Origin: Holosporales bacterium
GTDB lineage: Bacteria > Pseudomonadota > Alphaproteobacteria > Holosporales > Holosporaceae
Assembly: GCA_947457385.1 (NCBI GenBank)
Contig: CANGUX010000001.1
Coordinates: 17,940-81,939 of the forward strand
Length of the DNA: 64,000 bases
Reading direction: 5' to 3'
The translations under genes were made by a program, and so were the position numbers. Below, one piece after another: positions 28,419 through 37,680 of this stretch (position 1 is the stretch's first letter; every line of letters begins with the position of its first letter). The notes below the pieces were generated by a model that saw only the letters and a program-made list of their open reading frames with translations, was not told the origin of the DNA and ran no database searches.

Positions 28419-29432
28419 TTAGAATACCTCTGCCCAAGATCCTTGTGTTGCCGATTTAGAATATTCTGTGGCACGACCCTCAAAAAAATTCGTATGTTCC
28501 ATGGTGCTCAGCATCTCATCCATCCATGGCAATGGATTTTTCTGAATGCCATAAATAGGGGAAAGATTCATTTGCTCTAAACGTCGATCGGCAATAAATC
28601 GAATGTATTCAGACATTTCTGTGGGGGTCAGTCCTTGAATCCCACCCAATTCAAAAGCCAACACAATAAAAGCATCTTCATGCTCTACCATGGTGCGTGC
28701 AATGCTCTTAATTTGATCTTGCAAGCCCTGGGTCCATAACGTAGGGTGTTCGCTAATGATGGTCCTAAATAAGCGCAACATAGAATGAATATGCAAGGTT
28801 TCATCTCGAATAGACCAGGTCACAACCTGCCCCATTCCTTTCATTTTATTGAAGCGTGGAAAATTTAAAAGCATGGCAAAGGATGCAAACAGCTGTAATC
28901 CTTCTGTAAAAGCCCCATAAGCAGCAAGGGTTAATGTTAATCCTCGAAGCGTATTATCTTCATCCTGAAATTGCTGCATATAATCCCATTTATCTTTCAT
29001 TTCTTTGTATTTAAAGAAAGCTTGGTACTCGACTTCGGGAATGCCTAAACTATCCAATAAATGGGCATAGGCTGCAATATGAATGGTCTCTATATTGGCA
29101 AAAGCAGCCAACATCATTTTAATTTCAGTGGGTTGAAAAATACGACAATAATAATTTAAATAACAGGATCCAACCTCTACATCCATTTGCGTAAAAAAGC
29201 GAAAAATTTGAGTCAATAAATTGCGTTCAGCATCAGAAAGATTAAAGGTCCAATCCTTAATATCATCTGCCATAGGGACCTCATCGGGAAGCCAATGTAA
29301 CCTTTGCTGCGTCAACCATGCCGTATAGGCCCAAGGATAGGAAAAAGGCTTGTATACAGGATTTCGCTTGAATAAAGGGGATCGACTATCTACAATCGTC
29401 GATTCCCCAAACACTTCTCTAGAGGGTTCCAT
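28419..29432 (-). CDS. nrdB: ribonucleoside-diphosphate reductase beta subunit (class I)
   Basis: 337-aa ORF with di-iron and tyrosyl-radical region motifs (..FTQMDVEVGSCY.., ..FAMLLNF.., ..IRDETLH..). Confidence 0.9.
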   Translation of the reverse strand: MEPSREVFGESTIVDSRSPLFKRNPVYKPFSYPWAYTAWLTQQRLHWLPDEVPMADDIKDWTFNLSDAERNLLTQIFRFFTQMDVEVGSCYLNYYCRIFQPTEIKMMLAAFANIETIHIAAYAHLLDSLGIPEVEYQAFFKYKEMKDKWDYMQQFQDEDNTLRGLTLTLAAYGAFTEGLQLFASFAMLLNFPRFNKMKGMGQVVTWSIRDETLHIHSMLRLFRTIISEHPTLWTQGLQDQIKSIARTMVEHEDAFIVLAFELGGIQGLTPTEMSEYIRFIADRRLEQMNLSPIYGIQKNPLPWMDEMLSTMEHTNFFEGRATEYSKSATQGSWAEVF

Positions 29433-29515
29433 AAGATACAGGAAAAAAATACTCTCCTTATTGAAGAGGAAGTTTGCATCTTGGTCAAGGATTTTTTAAC
29501 AAAAAAGCGGTCTCC

Positions 29516-30898
29516 CTATGCAGGAGGAGATTCGCCTAAACGCCAAGAAGTGTATTCAGGGCTGATATCTTCCAAAACAATCCCCAACTTCAAAAGCGTG
29601 TCTCTGATGTCGTCTGCACGTTTATAATCCCGTTCTCTTCTAGCTTGGTTGCGTTGTTGAATTTTTTCCTCCAATTCCTCACGGGATAAAGGGAGCTCGC
29701 TTCGCGCTTGAAACCACGCTTCGGGGGAATAACGCCCTAATCCCAGGGCCTGCATTTCTTTTTGCAGTGTCCTGGCCAGAGGCGTATTTGATGGATCCTT
29801 ATGCAAGGCTTTCCCATGGTGCTGCAAGATACGCAATGCCTCTGGGGTATTAAAATCATCCGACAAGGCTTCCCAGAATCCATCGCCTTCTGTAAGGGGT
29901 CCTTCTGGCGCTATTTTCCCCGCTTCTTTCAGAGCTTGATAGAGGTGTGTCAGAGCAACATGGGCTTGATGGAGCAGTTGAGGCGTCCAATCCAAGGTTT
30001 GTCGATACTGCGTAGACAACAGAGCCCAACGTACTACTTCCCCCGAATGCTGTTGCAAGACCTCATGGAGTGTCACAAAATTACCCAATGATTTTGACAT
30101 TTTCCGCCCTTCTACCAACAACATCCCATTGTGCATCCAAATTTGTGCACTTTCTTGCTGTCCCAAGGCACAGCAACTCTGAGCACGCTCGTTTTCATGA
30201 TGGGGAAAAAGAAGATCGTTGCCCCCACCATGCACATCAAAATTCGGGCCAAAATGCTGGCTGCTCATGGCAGAACATTCAATGTGCCACCCTGGACGCC
30301 CCCATCCCCAAGGGCTGTTCCACCCCGTTTCTTGGGGTTGACTGGGCTTCCACAGCACAAAATCCAGAGGATTTTTTTTATAAGGGGCCACTTCCACCCG
30401 CGCTCCTTCTTTCATATGAGCAAGGGACATCTTAGAAAGTTGGCCATAGTTTTTATAGGATGAGACGGAAAATAAAACATGTCCTTGTTCTACATAGGCA
30501 TGACCCTGATCCAAAAGCATTTGCACCAAGCCAATCATCTGGGGGATATGGTCTGTAGCCTTTGGTTCATGGGTAGGGGGCAACACTGCAAGAGCCTCAA
30601 TATCCTCATGAAAATGCATAATGGTTTGGGACGTCAGTGCTTGAATGGAAATGCCACGCTTTGCAGCCTCAGCATTAATCTTATCGTCTACATCGGTAAT
30701 GTTTCGAACATAAATGACAGTGGGGTAAAGGTGACGTAAAAGACGCAAAATACCGTCAAAGACGACGATAGCGCGCGCATTGCCTAAATGAATCCGATCA
30801 TACACGGTGGGACCACAGACATACATCGTTACACGGTCTGGCGCATGAGGCTTTAAAGGAACCTTGCAACCTTTCAAACTGGAATAGAGCATGACCAT
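29516..30898 (-). CDS. cysS: cysteine--tRNA ligase
   Basis: HIGH-type motif HLGNARA and KMSKS motif in KMSKSLGNF. The likely start MVML.. shares one base with the uppP stop (TAATG). The track ORF runs 30 codons further upstream. Confidence 0.9.
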   Translation of the reverse strand: MVMLYSSLKGCKVPLKPHAPDRVTMYVCGPTVYDRIHLGNARAIVVFDGILRLLRHLYPTVIYVRNITDVDDKINAEAAKRGISIQALTSQTIMHFHEDIEALAVLPPTHEPKATDHIPQMIGLVQMLLDQGHAYVEQGHVLFSVSSYKNYGQLSKMSLAHMKEGARVEVAPYKKNPLDFVLWKPSQPQETGWNSPWGWGRPGWHIECSAMSSQHFGPNFDVHGGGNDLLFPHHENERAQSCCALGQQESAQIWMHNGMLLVEGRKMSKSLGNFVTLHEVLQQHSGEVVRWALLSTQYRQTLDWTPQLLHQAHVALTHLYQALKEAGKIAPEGPLTEGDGFWEALSDDFNTPEALRILQHHGKALHKDPSNTPLARTLQKEMQALGLGRYSPEAWFQARSELPLSREELEEKIQQRNQARRERDYKRADDIRDTLLKLGIVLEDISPEYTSWRLGESPPA

Positions 30899-31689
30899 TA
30901 TATCCACCCTCCTATCATGGCACACAAAACGATTCCAATGCCCAATCGATAGAGGACAAAAGGCGTGATGGTATGCGTTTTCACCCAAGACTCAAAAAAC
31001 AGGATACAGGGAATTCCCAGAAAAAACGTTATCCCCGTCATAGAAAAAAAAGAGGCCAAAGAAAGATTAGAGTTTATGATTTCCCCGTGTTTTAACACAA
31101 TGGCCGAGGCAATGACGGGAATGCCTAAAAGAAAAGAAAAGCGGGTTGAACTGGCCAAATTCATCCCCATCAGCCTGCCAGCCATGATGCAAATCCCTAA
31201 ACGACTGACGCCAGGAATCAAAGCGAGCATTTGAAAACAGCCCAAAACAATCCCCGTTCCATAGGATATTTTTTCTAAAGCTATGGCTTTAGAGGGCCTC
31301 GTGCGATCTATGACCCAAAGAAGCACGCCAAAGACCATGGTATTGATGGCCATAATAGGTAAAGCATCAAAATTAAGGCCCAAAAGATGGATGCCTAAAC
31401 CACCGAAAAGAACAGGTAACGTTGCAATCACCAGAGTGAGAAAAAAATGACGCGCTTGTGAAGCGTGACCCCGAAAAAGATCTAAACATCCCCTAAGCAC
31501 CCTAAAACAGGCTTTATGAAACACCACGCCAATGGCCAATAACGTTCCCAAATGAAGGGCTACAGCCAACGCTTTAGAGGGAGGTTGAATCCCTAAAACA
31601 TGGGCTAAAATCAGAAGATGTGCCGAAGAGCTGATGGGGAATGCTTCTGCAATGCCCTGGACAAACGCCAGCAAGAAAAAATAATGCAT
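30898..31689 (-). CDS. uppP: undecaprenyl-diphosphate phosphatase
   Basis: ..GIAEAFPISSSAHL.. N-terminal motif and a polytopic membrane profile. The start is chosen at MHYFF; the ORF is open to 31725. Confidence 0.85.
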   Translation of the reverse strand: MHYFFLLAFVQGIAEAFPISSSAHLLILAHVLGIQPPSKALAVALHLGTLLAIGVVFHKACFRVLRGCLDLFRGHASQARHFFLTLVIATLPVLFGGLGIHLLGLNFDALPIMAINTMVFGVLLWVIDRTRPSKAIALEKISYGTGIVLGCFQMLALIPGVSRLGICIMAGRLMGMNLASSTRFSFLLGIPVIASAIVLKHGEIINSNLSLASFFSMTGITFFLGIPCILFFESWVKTHTITPFVLYRLGIGIVLCAMIGGWI

Positions 31690-31828
31690 ACAATATCTCA
31701 TGGTTTCTTGCCCCATGTGTATCATATCCTTAGGCTTGACGTCATCTCATGAGGAAAAAAAGAATTTTTTTCTGCAAAACCATAAGGTATACTTGATGGA
31801 TAGAAATGCCCCCCGAAGAGAGTGCAAC

Positions 31829-33085
31829 ATGAAGAATGAGCTATTACAGGTGCTCTATGAGCGTGGTTTCTTATATCAAAGCATTCACGAAGAAGCCCTA
31901 AATGTATTGTGCTCTAAAGGCCCTGTATCTTTTTATTGGGGATGTGATGCAACGGCAGATAGTCTTCATGTGGGGAATCTGATGGGAATCATGGTTGCAC
32001 GTTGGTTTCAAGACATGCATCATCGCCCTATTCTTTTGGTAGGAGGGGGCACTACGGCCATCGGGGATCCTGCTTACAGAACCACAGGACGCACCCCCAT
32101 GACTTCAGAACACATCCAAGAAAATATAAAGGGGATTCAGTACAGTCTGGAAAAGAGCATTTCCTTTACCGGAACCCATGCAGCAAAATTGGTGAACAAC
32201 GCAGATTGGTTAAATCACCTTAGTTATATTCCCTTTCTTCGCGAAATTGGCTCTCATTTTTCTGTGCATCGCATGCTTGGCTTTGAAATGCTAAAGACGC
32301 GACTGGAAGGGAATCTCCCCCTCAGTTTTTCTGAGTTGAATTATATGGTCCTACAAGCCTATGATTTTCTTCATTTATATAGAGAGGAAGGGTGTGTCTT
32401 GCAATTGGGGGGGTCAGACCAATGGGGCAATTTGGTCTGTGGCGTGGACCTGATACGACGCATAGAAGGGGCCGAGGTTTCTGCCTTAACCTGGCCCCTT
32501 TTAACCACAGCCAATGGTGCAAAAATGGGGAAAAGTGCTCAAGGTGCCGTTTGGTTGGATGAAAGAAAAACCTCACCGTACGCCTATTGGCAGTTTTGGC
32601 GCAATAGTGATGACCGAGACGTCTTTCGTTTTCTTAAACTGTACACACAGCTGCCTTTGTCTGAAATAACGGCTTTGGAAAAGGCTGGAACAGAAGCTCT
32701 AAAAGACGCCAAGCTTAAACTGGCCGATGAAGCCACTGCCTTCTTGCATGGAAGAGATGTACTTCCCTCTATTCATCATACCGTTCGACACGTTTTTGGC
32801 GATCAGCAAAGGGAAATCATGTTGGATGATCCGTTACAGCTGCCCAGTATTGAGCTCCTCACCTTAGATGAAAAAGGCATTCTTGTGCTGGAAGCGTTAG
32901 AAAGGCTAGGATTCATCACCTCGCGTCGTGAGGGACGACAAAAAATCCGAGAAGGAGCGGTACGCTTAGAAGGCAACAGTGTTTCTGATGAACTGATGCG
33001 CTTACACGCCCATGATTTTCAAGAAAAATCTGTGTTACAGCTTTCTCTCGGAGCAAAAAAACATGGACTTATTCGTTTAACATAA
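31829..33085 (+). CDS. tyrS: tyrosine--tRNA ligase
   Basis: The start MKNELLQVLYERGF.. is typical. The HIGH-type motif is LHVGNL and the KMSKS-type motif is KMGKS. An S4-like C-terminus is present. Confidence 0.9.
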   Translation: MKNELLQVLYERGFLYQSIHEEALNVLCSKGPVSFYWGCDATADSLHVGNLMGIMVARWFQDMHHRPILLVGGGTTAIGDPAYRTTGRTPMTSEHIQENIKGIQYSLEKSISFTGTHAAKLVNNADWLNHLSYIPFLREIGSHFSVHRMLGFEMLKTRLEGNLPLSFSELNYMVLQAYDFLHLYREEGCVLQLGGSDQWGNLVCGVDLIRRIEGAEVSALTWPLLTTANGAKMGKSAQGAVWLDERKTSPYAYWQFWRNSDDRDVFRFLKLYTQLPLSEITALEKAGTEALKDAKLKLADEATAFLHGRDVLPSIHHTVRHVFGDQQREIMLDDPLQLPSIELLTLDEKGILVLEALERLGFITSRREGRQKIREGAVRLEGNSVSDELMRLHAHDFQEKSVLQLSLGAKKHGLIRLT

Positions 33086-33161
33086 CCCCCAAAGAATAGA
33101 GCGCTTGGATACAGTGCTTGGATCTACATTTAACCCATGATAAACTGCACCATGGATTTGT

Positions 33162-33689
33162 TTGAAATCTTATCTTATGAAAAAGTGGCTCATGGGTATC
33201 GTCATACTTATCTCTGTGGGATCCCTTTTTGCCGATGATTCCAAAGAGTTGCCAGAAGAAACCTTGACGACTCCCCCTGTTCAAGAAATTCAAAAGCTCT
33301 TAAAAAATAAGAATTTTGAAGTCCATCGCCCTCCCGTTGTAAAAGAATTTACCTGTCAAGATATTCTTCGTAATACCCCCCCTACCCCCAATGATTCCGA
33401 TGTGAATATGGTTGCCAGTATTGCTTATACTTTTTGTGTCATGGAATTAACCTTACAAAAATATATATCCTATGAAACCGCTTCTAGAAAAATAACTAAA
33501 AAATCCCACCATGGCCTTTTAAGTCGTGCCAAAAAAGATCTTCGACAAATCCAGAAAATCCTTCCTGCTATTTTAGATGCGTTTTACACCACCTATATTG
33601 CTTTTGAAAAATATGGGTTTCGAGATACCATTAATGAATTGCAAATCCAATTTGAAGAAAAACGGAGGAGCAGTGGCCTCTCGTATTAA
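33162..33689 (+). CDS. hypothetical exported protein (paralogue 1)
   Basis: Signal-like MKKWLMGIVILISVGSLFA. It shares the pattern TC.D.L..(N)..P.P.D......I...CV with the next ORF. Confidence 0.5.
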   Translation: MKSYLMKKWLMGIVILISVGSLFADDSKELPEETLTTPPVQEIQKLLKNKNFEVHRPPVVKEFTCQDILRNTPPTPNDSDVNMVASIAYTFCVMELTLQKYISYETASRKITKKSHHGLLSRAKKDLRQIQKILPAILDAFYTTYIAFEKYGFRDTINELQIQFEEKRRSSGLSY

Positions 33690-34077
33690 ATCATGGCTGG
33701 CTTTGGGCATGGTGATGCTGATGGATCCTCTTGCTTTGGGCAGAACGCATTTTGAAGATGAGCCTCTTCCTAAGCTGACATGCGATGACGTTCTTTTTGG
33801 AAACCTACCTATGCCAGACGACCAAGCTATGAACCCTCTATGGAGTGCTATTTATCCCCTTTGTGTGAGTTTATTGTGCATGAAAGCGCTTAAAGATCAT
33901 CCTTCTCCCCAAGAAACGCAAGCAGATATAGAAGCACGTATGCAGAGTTTAGAGACCTACATTCGCCCTTTTTTGACCGCCATTCGCGTGGGATCTTTTA
34001 CTTTTCGCAAAACCGATTTACGCTATCACCTTAACGATAGCCAACTTCAGCAATACGCGCCTGAAAATAGTTTTTAA
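33634..34077 (+). CDS. hypothetical exported protein (paralogue 2; start uncertain)
   Basis: Signal-like ..KKNGGAVASRIKSWLALGMVMLMDPLALG. Candidate starts are ATG 33634, an in-frame TTG a few codons later, or ATG 33712. It overlaps the end of the previous ORF. Confidence 0.45.
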   Translation: MNCKSNLKKNGGAVASRIKSWLALGMVMLMDPLALGRTHFEDEPLPKLTCDDVLFGNLPMPDDQAMNPLWSAIYPLCVSLLCMKALKDHPSPQETQADIEARMQSLETYIRPFLTAIRVGSFTFRKTDLRYHLNDSQLQQYAPENSF

Positions 34078-34194
34078 AATATGTGTCTCTGCAATAGACT
34101 GTTTCAGGCTGGAAAAGAACACAAGAATAGATAGAAAATCCATAGAGTCCCACAACCCAGGCTAAACAATGCACTGAAACGTTGAAGATCGGTT

Positions 34195-35214
34195 TTAAAT
34201 AGCGCCTCCCTTGGATAGGTTGAATCCTCGCCAATGACGGTCATTTTCTTCGCTGGAAAGAATCCACCGGTCTTGAAGGGCGCATAAGTTTTCTAAGGCT
34301 TGTGAAGAAAAGCATGAAAGCAAGATGGTTTTTGATTGTGCTTCCATGGCTCGAGCGCGCTCTAAACTGTCGAAAAGATAAGGCATCAGTCTGATCTGAA
34401 ACTCCGATCTATTAGGATACATAAAAAGGTCTTGTGAAAAAGTTTGGTTCTGAAGGGCCAGAAGAATAGGAAGCGTAATCTTTTTCTCTATAAAATCGTG
34501 GCCTTCTTTCCACTGGGCAACAGGAAGCATATAATCTGCCACATCATTACGAATTTGAAAACTCGTTCCCCATAAAAGGCCTGATTGTTTAAGAGCTTCC
34601 CTTTGATCAGCATTAGATTTGGAAAGAAGACTGGCTCCGTAACACGCGATTGAAAAGAGAGCGCCTGTTTTTTTTTGGATCATTTGAATATATTGATCAG
34701 ATGAACTGGTGAAATGAATTTGATTTTCTTGAATTTGTCCTTCGATCAATGCCTGTATGGCTTGTTGCGTATGCTTTAAAAGAATCATGTCTTCTATTTT
34801 TATTAACAAAGAAAGTCCTCTTGAAAAAAGAAAATCTCCAAAAAGAATGGCTTTTTTATTTCCTTTTTCTTTGTAAAGACACGTCAACCCATGGCGTGTT
34901 TGCCCATGATCTAACACATCATCGTGGCATAGCGAAGCTGCATGAATATACTCTAATGCCACAGCAAATGCTGTGTGTGCATGGGTTAATGCACCAAAGA
35001 GCAATCCACATTCTAAAGCGAGTTTTGGACGTAATTTTTTCCCACCATAGCTAACAAACGCACGCATGGCATCCAATGCCAAACCTTCTGCTTCAAAAAG
35101 AGAGCTTATGAGTGTTTCCTCAAATAGTTCCCATGCTGTTGCATTCAGTGGCATCCTATCATCCAAAGGACCTTCCTTAAAAAACAAGTCATGGTTTCCT
35201 TCATCATGAAACAT
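34195..35214 (-). CDS. trans-polyprenyl diphosphate synthase (IspB-like)
   Basis: The first Asp-rich motif is LCHDDVLDH. The second motif reads FQIRNDVADY, with N in place of the first D. Confidence 0.8.
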   Translation of the reverse strand: MFHDEGNHDLFFKEGPLDDRMPLNATAWELFEETLISSLFEAEGLALDAMRAFVSYGGKKLRPKLALECGLLFGALTHAHTAFAVALEYIHAASLCHDDVLDHGQTRHGLTCLYKEKGNKKAILFGDFLFSRGLSLLIKIEDMILLKHTQQAIQALIEGQIQENQIHFTSSSDQYIQMIQKKTGALFSIACYGASLLSKSNADQREALKQSGLLWGTSFQIRNDVADYMLPVAQWKEGHDFIEKKITLPILLALQNQTFSQDLFMYPNRSEFQIRLMPYLFDSLERARAMEAQSKTILLSCFSSQALENLCALQDRWILSSEENDRHWRGFNLSKGGAI

Positions 35215-35318
35215 GATTTACATCGGGTTTGGCAAGGTTCATCAAGCGCATTGCTGAAACATAAGCAAAATAAGAACGATGCATGGAAAGGGGGGCCAAG
35301 AAAGCAACATTGATAGCT

Positions 35319-35680
35319 TCAGCACGGCATGAAAAAAGATGAAGCTGTTGCATCACATATCATGGAATACAGATAGATCTTAGCATTTGGAGACCCAACG
35401 ATATCCCCCTTGAAGAGTACCCCTGCGGTGTTAAGCTGGTTCAATAACCAAGCCAATCCAGAGAAAGGATAGCATTCGTCCATTTTGACAATTTGAATCC
35501 CGGTTTTTTTCTCTTCAAATTGCTGCGTGAAGGGGTTACCCTGTCCCAAGCCTTTCAGATCCCCTTTAAAACAGCCACACTGCTTACCCTAAAACCTCCC
35601 AATCGCCCGGATTCCCATCCCTCCCAGAAGCAAAAGTATGATCTCCTCTATATATCGCAGCCTTGCAAAATCTGAGTGTA
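35319..35680 (-). pseudogene. possible monothiol glutaredoxin (Grx4/GrxD-like) remnant
   Basis: The minus strand reads ..IEEIILLLLGGMG..*GKQCGCFKGDLKGLG....AWLLNQLNTAGVLFKGDIVG... This loosely tracks VVLFMKG..P.CGFS....L...G......WPT.PQLY..G...GG.DI. There is an in-frame stop and the CGFS motif is altered. Confidence 0.35.
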
Positions 35681-35795
35681 TTCACCCAGCACGCTCGCGT
35701 TTCAAACCATTGGTGAAAAGATGCTTCATAAATTCTTAAATTTTTAGGATAGCTATGCCATACCCAGATCCTTTAGACCCTCTTTCTGCCAAGAT

Positions 35796-36953
35796 TTAAA
35801 GCACAGGAGGCGATGAAAGATAGCGCTTTAAAATCAAAGTATAGAGGGTTTTTAAGGTTTCAAGGTCTGAAACGGCTACATGTTCATCCACTTGATGGAT
35901 CGTGGTTTCTGGCAATCCCAATTCAAGCACAGGGGCAAGAACATGCAAGAAACGCCCATCTGATGTGCCTCCTTGCGTCGTTAATCTTGGGCTCTCTCCC
36001 AAAACATCCCGCATCACACCTTGGACACATTCCAACCAAGGGCCCTCAGAGGTTAAAAAGGGATTCCCATGGCATGTCATGGCCAATTCTATAACCTCAT
36101 CTCCCCCTGAACGCACAATGGCCCCTTCTAATATTTCATAAAGCTTTTGGGAGGTGTAACAGGGATTAAATCGGATTCCCAAGCGCGCTTCCACCTGTCT
36201 AGGAATCAAATTCATGGTGGGATTGCCTGTTTCAATGGCCGTCATAGCTAAATGCGTGGGCGGGAAAAACGCAGATCCTTTATCCCAAGAAAGATCTAAA
36301 AAAGCACGAACGCAAGCAATAAGATGTGGAATAGGATTATTAGCCAGATGAGGATAAGCAATGTGTCCCTGCTTTCCTCGGACAGAAAGCGTGGCTGTAA
36401 CACTTCCTCGACGCCCAATTTGAAGCACTTCCCCAACGTATCTTCCCGTAGGTTCACCTATTAAAAAAACATCAGGAACTTCGTTTCTTTCGCGCAACCA
36501 TGGGATCATTTTTGGAATGCCGTCTATGCCAATGCCCTCTTCATCACTGGTCAATAACACACCAAAGGATCCTGTGTGCTCGGTACATCGCCATGCTTGA
36601 AAAGCAGAAAGAATACAGGCAACAGCCCCCTTCATGTCTGCAACGCCACGACCATATAACAGCCCCTCATGCACCGTTGGCTCAAAAGGAGGAAAAGTCC
36701 AAGCAGCGTCATGCCCAGGAGGAACCACGTCTATGTGCCCTGCAAAACAAAGATAGGGAGATCCTCTCCCAAAACGCGCATAAAGATTGGTGGTATCCCC
36801 AAAGCGAACAAGATGAGAAACAAATCCCTCTTCTTGTAAAAGCCTATGGAGATCCATCAAACAACCCGCTTCATCAGGCGTAACGCTAGGATAACGCACC
36901 AACCAAGAGGCCAAATCTATGACAGAATCTCTAAGAGAAACCACCTGATGCAT
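35796..36953 (-). CDS. dapE: succinyl-diaminopimelate desuccinylase
   Basis: M20 peptidase motifs ..CFAGHIDVVPPG.. and ..GRGVADMKG.. The length (385 aa) and sequence pattern are typical of DapE. Confidence 0.88.
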   Translation of the reverse strand: MHQVVSLRDSVIDLASWLVRYPSVTPDEAGCLMDLHRLLQEEGFVSHLVRFGDTTNLYARFGRGSPYLCFAGHIDVVPPGHDAAWTFPPFEPTVHEGLLYGRGVADMKGAVACILSAFQAWRCTEHTGSFGVLLTSDEEGIGIDGIPKMIPWLRERNEVPDVFLIGEPTGRYVGEVLQIGRRGSVTATLSVRGKQGHIAYPHLANNPIPHLIACVRAFLDLSWDKGSAFFPPTHLAMTAIETGNPTMNLIPRQVEARLGIRFNPCYTSQKLYEILEGAIVRSGGDEVIELAMTCHGNPFLTSEGPWLECVQGVMRDVLGESPRLTTQGGTSDGRFLHVLAPVLELGLPETTIHQVDEHVAVSDLETLKTLYTLILKRYLSSPPVL

Positions 36954-36959
36954 CTGCTC

Positions 36960-37151
36960 TTAGCTGACGCTATAAGAAAGAAGAGACAAAAAACGCGCAC
37001 GTTTGATGGCTTGTCCTAGCAATTTTTGCTGATGACGAGATAAACCGGTCAGTCTTGCAGGAGATATTTTTCCACTATCTGTAAGACAACGCTTTAAAAG
37101 TTTGAGATTGTCATAGCTAATCTCGTGGTCTTCAACCAATAAACGGGTCAT
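36960..37151 (-). CDS. rpsR: 30S ribosomal protein S18 (short N-terminus)
   Basis: ..EISYDNLKLLKRCLTDSGKISPARLTGLSRHQQKLLGQAIKRARFLSLLSY.. matches the S18 core. Confidence 0.85.
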   Translation of the reverse strand: MTRLLVEDHEISYDNLKLLKRCLTDSGKISPARLTGLSRHQQKLLGQAIKRARFLSLLSYSVS

Positions 37152-37585
37152 GGCGTTACTCCTTGGATGTCTTCAATGTCTTCATCTTCATGGCCTAAGT
37201 CGACTTCTTCTTCTATCTCTATTTTTTTAAAGACAACCTCTTCATGATGATCCGAATGAAGGAGTTCTTCCAAAGAACTTTGAAACAACAACGTCGGAAA
37301 GGTCAATCCTTTAGGTTTTTTAAAGAAAACGTAGCGCAGCAAATCACGATGAAACTTAAGAAAATGGGTGAGTTCAGACAAATCAGTTAAAAACATGCCC
37401 AAACACACGTAATGAGCTTTTCCGCGTTTTTCAATGCGATAAGCCAATGTCCTAAATCCCCAGTACTCTCCCCCTTTAAACTGCCCCCCAGAACGCTCTA
37501 CCACTGCTTTAACCGAGTCAACAATCAACCCAACCTGCTTGGGTGAAACATCGGGGCGAACCATTAAAATACATTCATAATGCAC
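37148..37585 (-). CDS. rpsF: 30S ribosomal protein S6 with acidic C-terminal tail
   Basis: A GTG start gives MHYECILMVRPDVS.., a typical S6 N-terminus, preceded by AAGGAG. The tail is ..EEVDLGHEDEDIEDI... The track ORF extends upstream to 37705. Confidence 0.85.
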   Translation of the reverse strand: MHYECILMVRPDVSPKQVGLIVDSVKAVVERSGGQFKGGEYWGFRTLAYRIEKRGKAHYVCLGMFLTDLSELTHFLKFHRDLLRYVFFKKPKGLTFPTLLFQSSLEELLHSDHHEEVVFKKIEIEEEVDLGHEDEDIEDIQGVTP

Positions 37586-37680
37586 GCTGTGCTCCTTTTG
37601 GACGATGACCGCATTTTTGCGGCAAGGGATTGCCCTATTAGATACCATAAAGTTCATCTCTTTCGCAATCCCCCATCCCA

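Noticed and set aside
30070-30463. 121- and 110-aa plus-strand ORFs
   Set aside because: They are antisense to cysS, which has clear class I synthetase motifs. They have no independent support.
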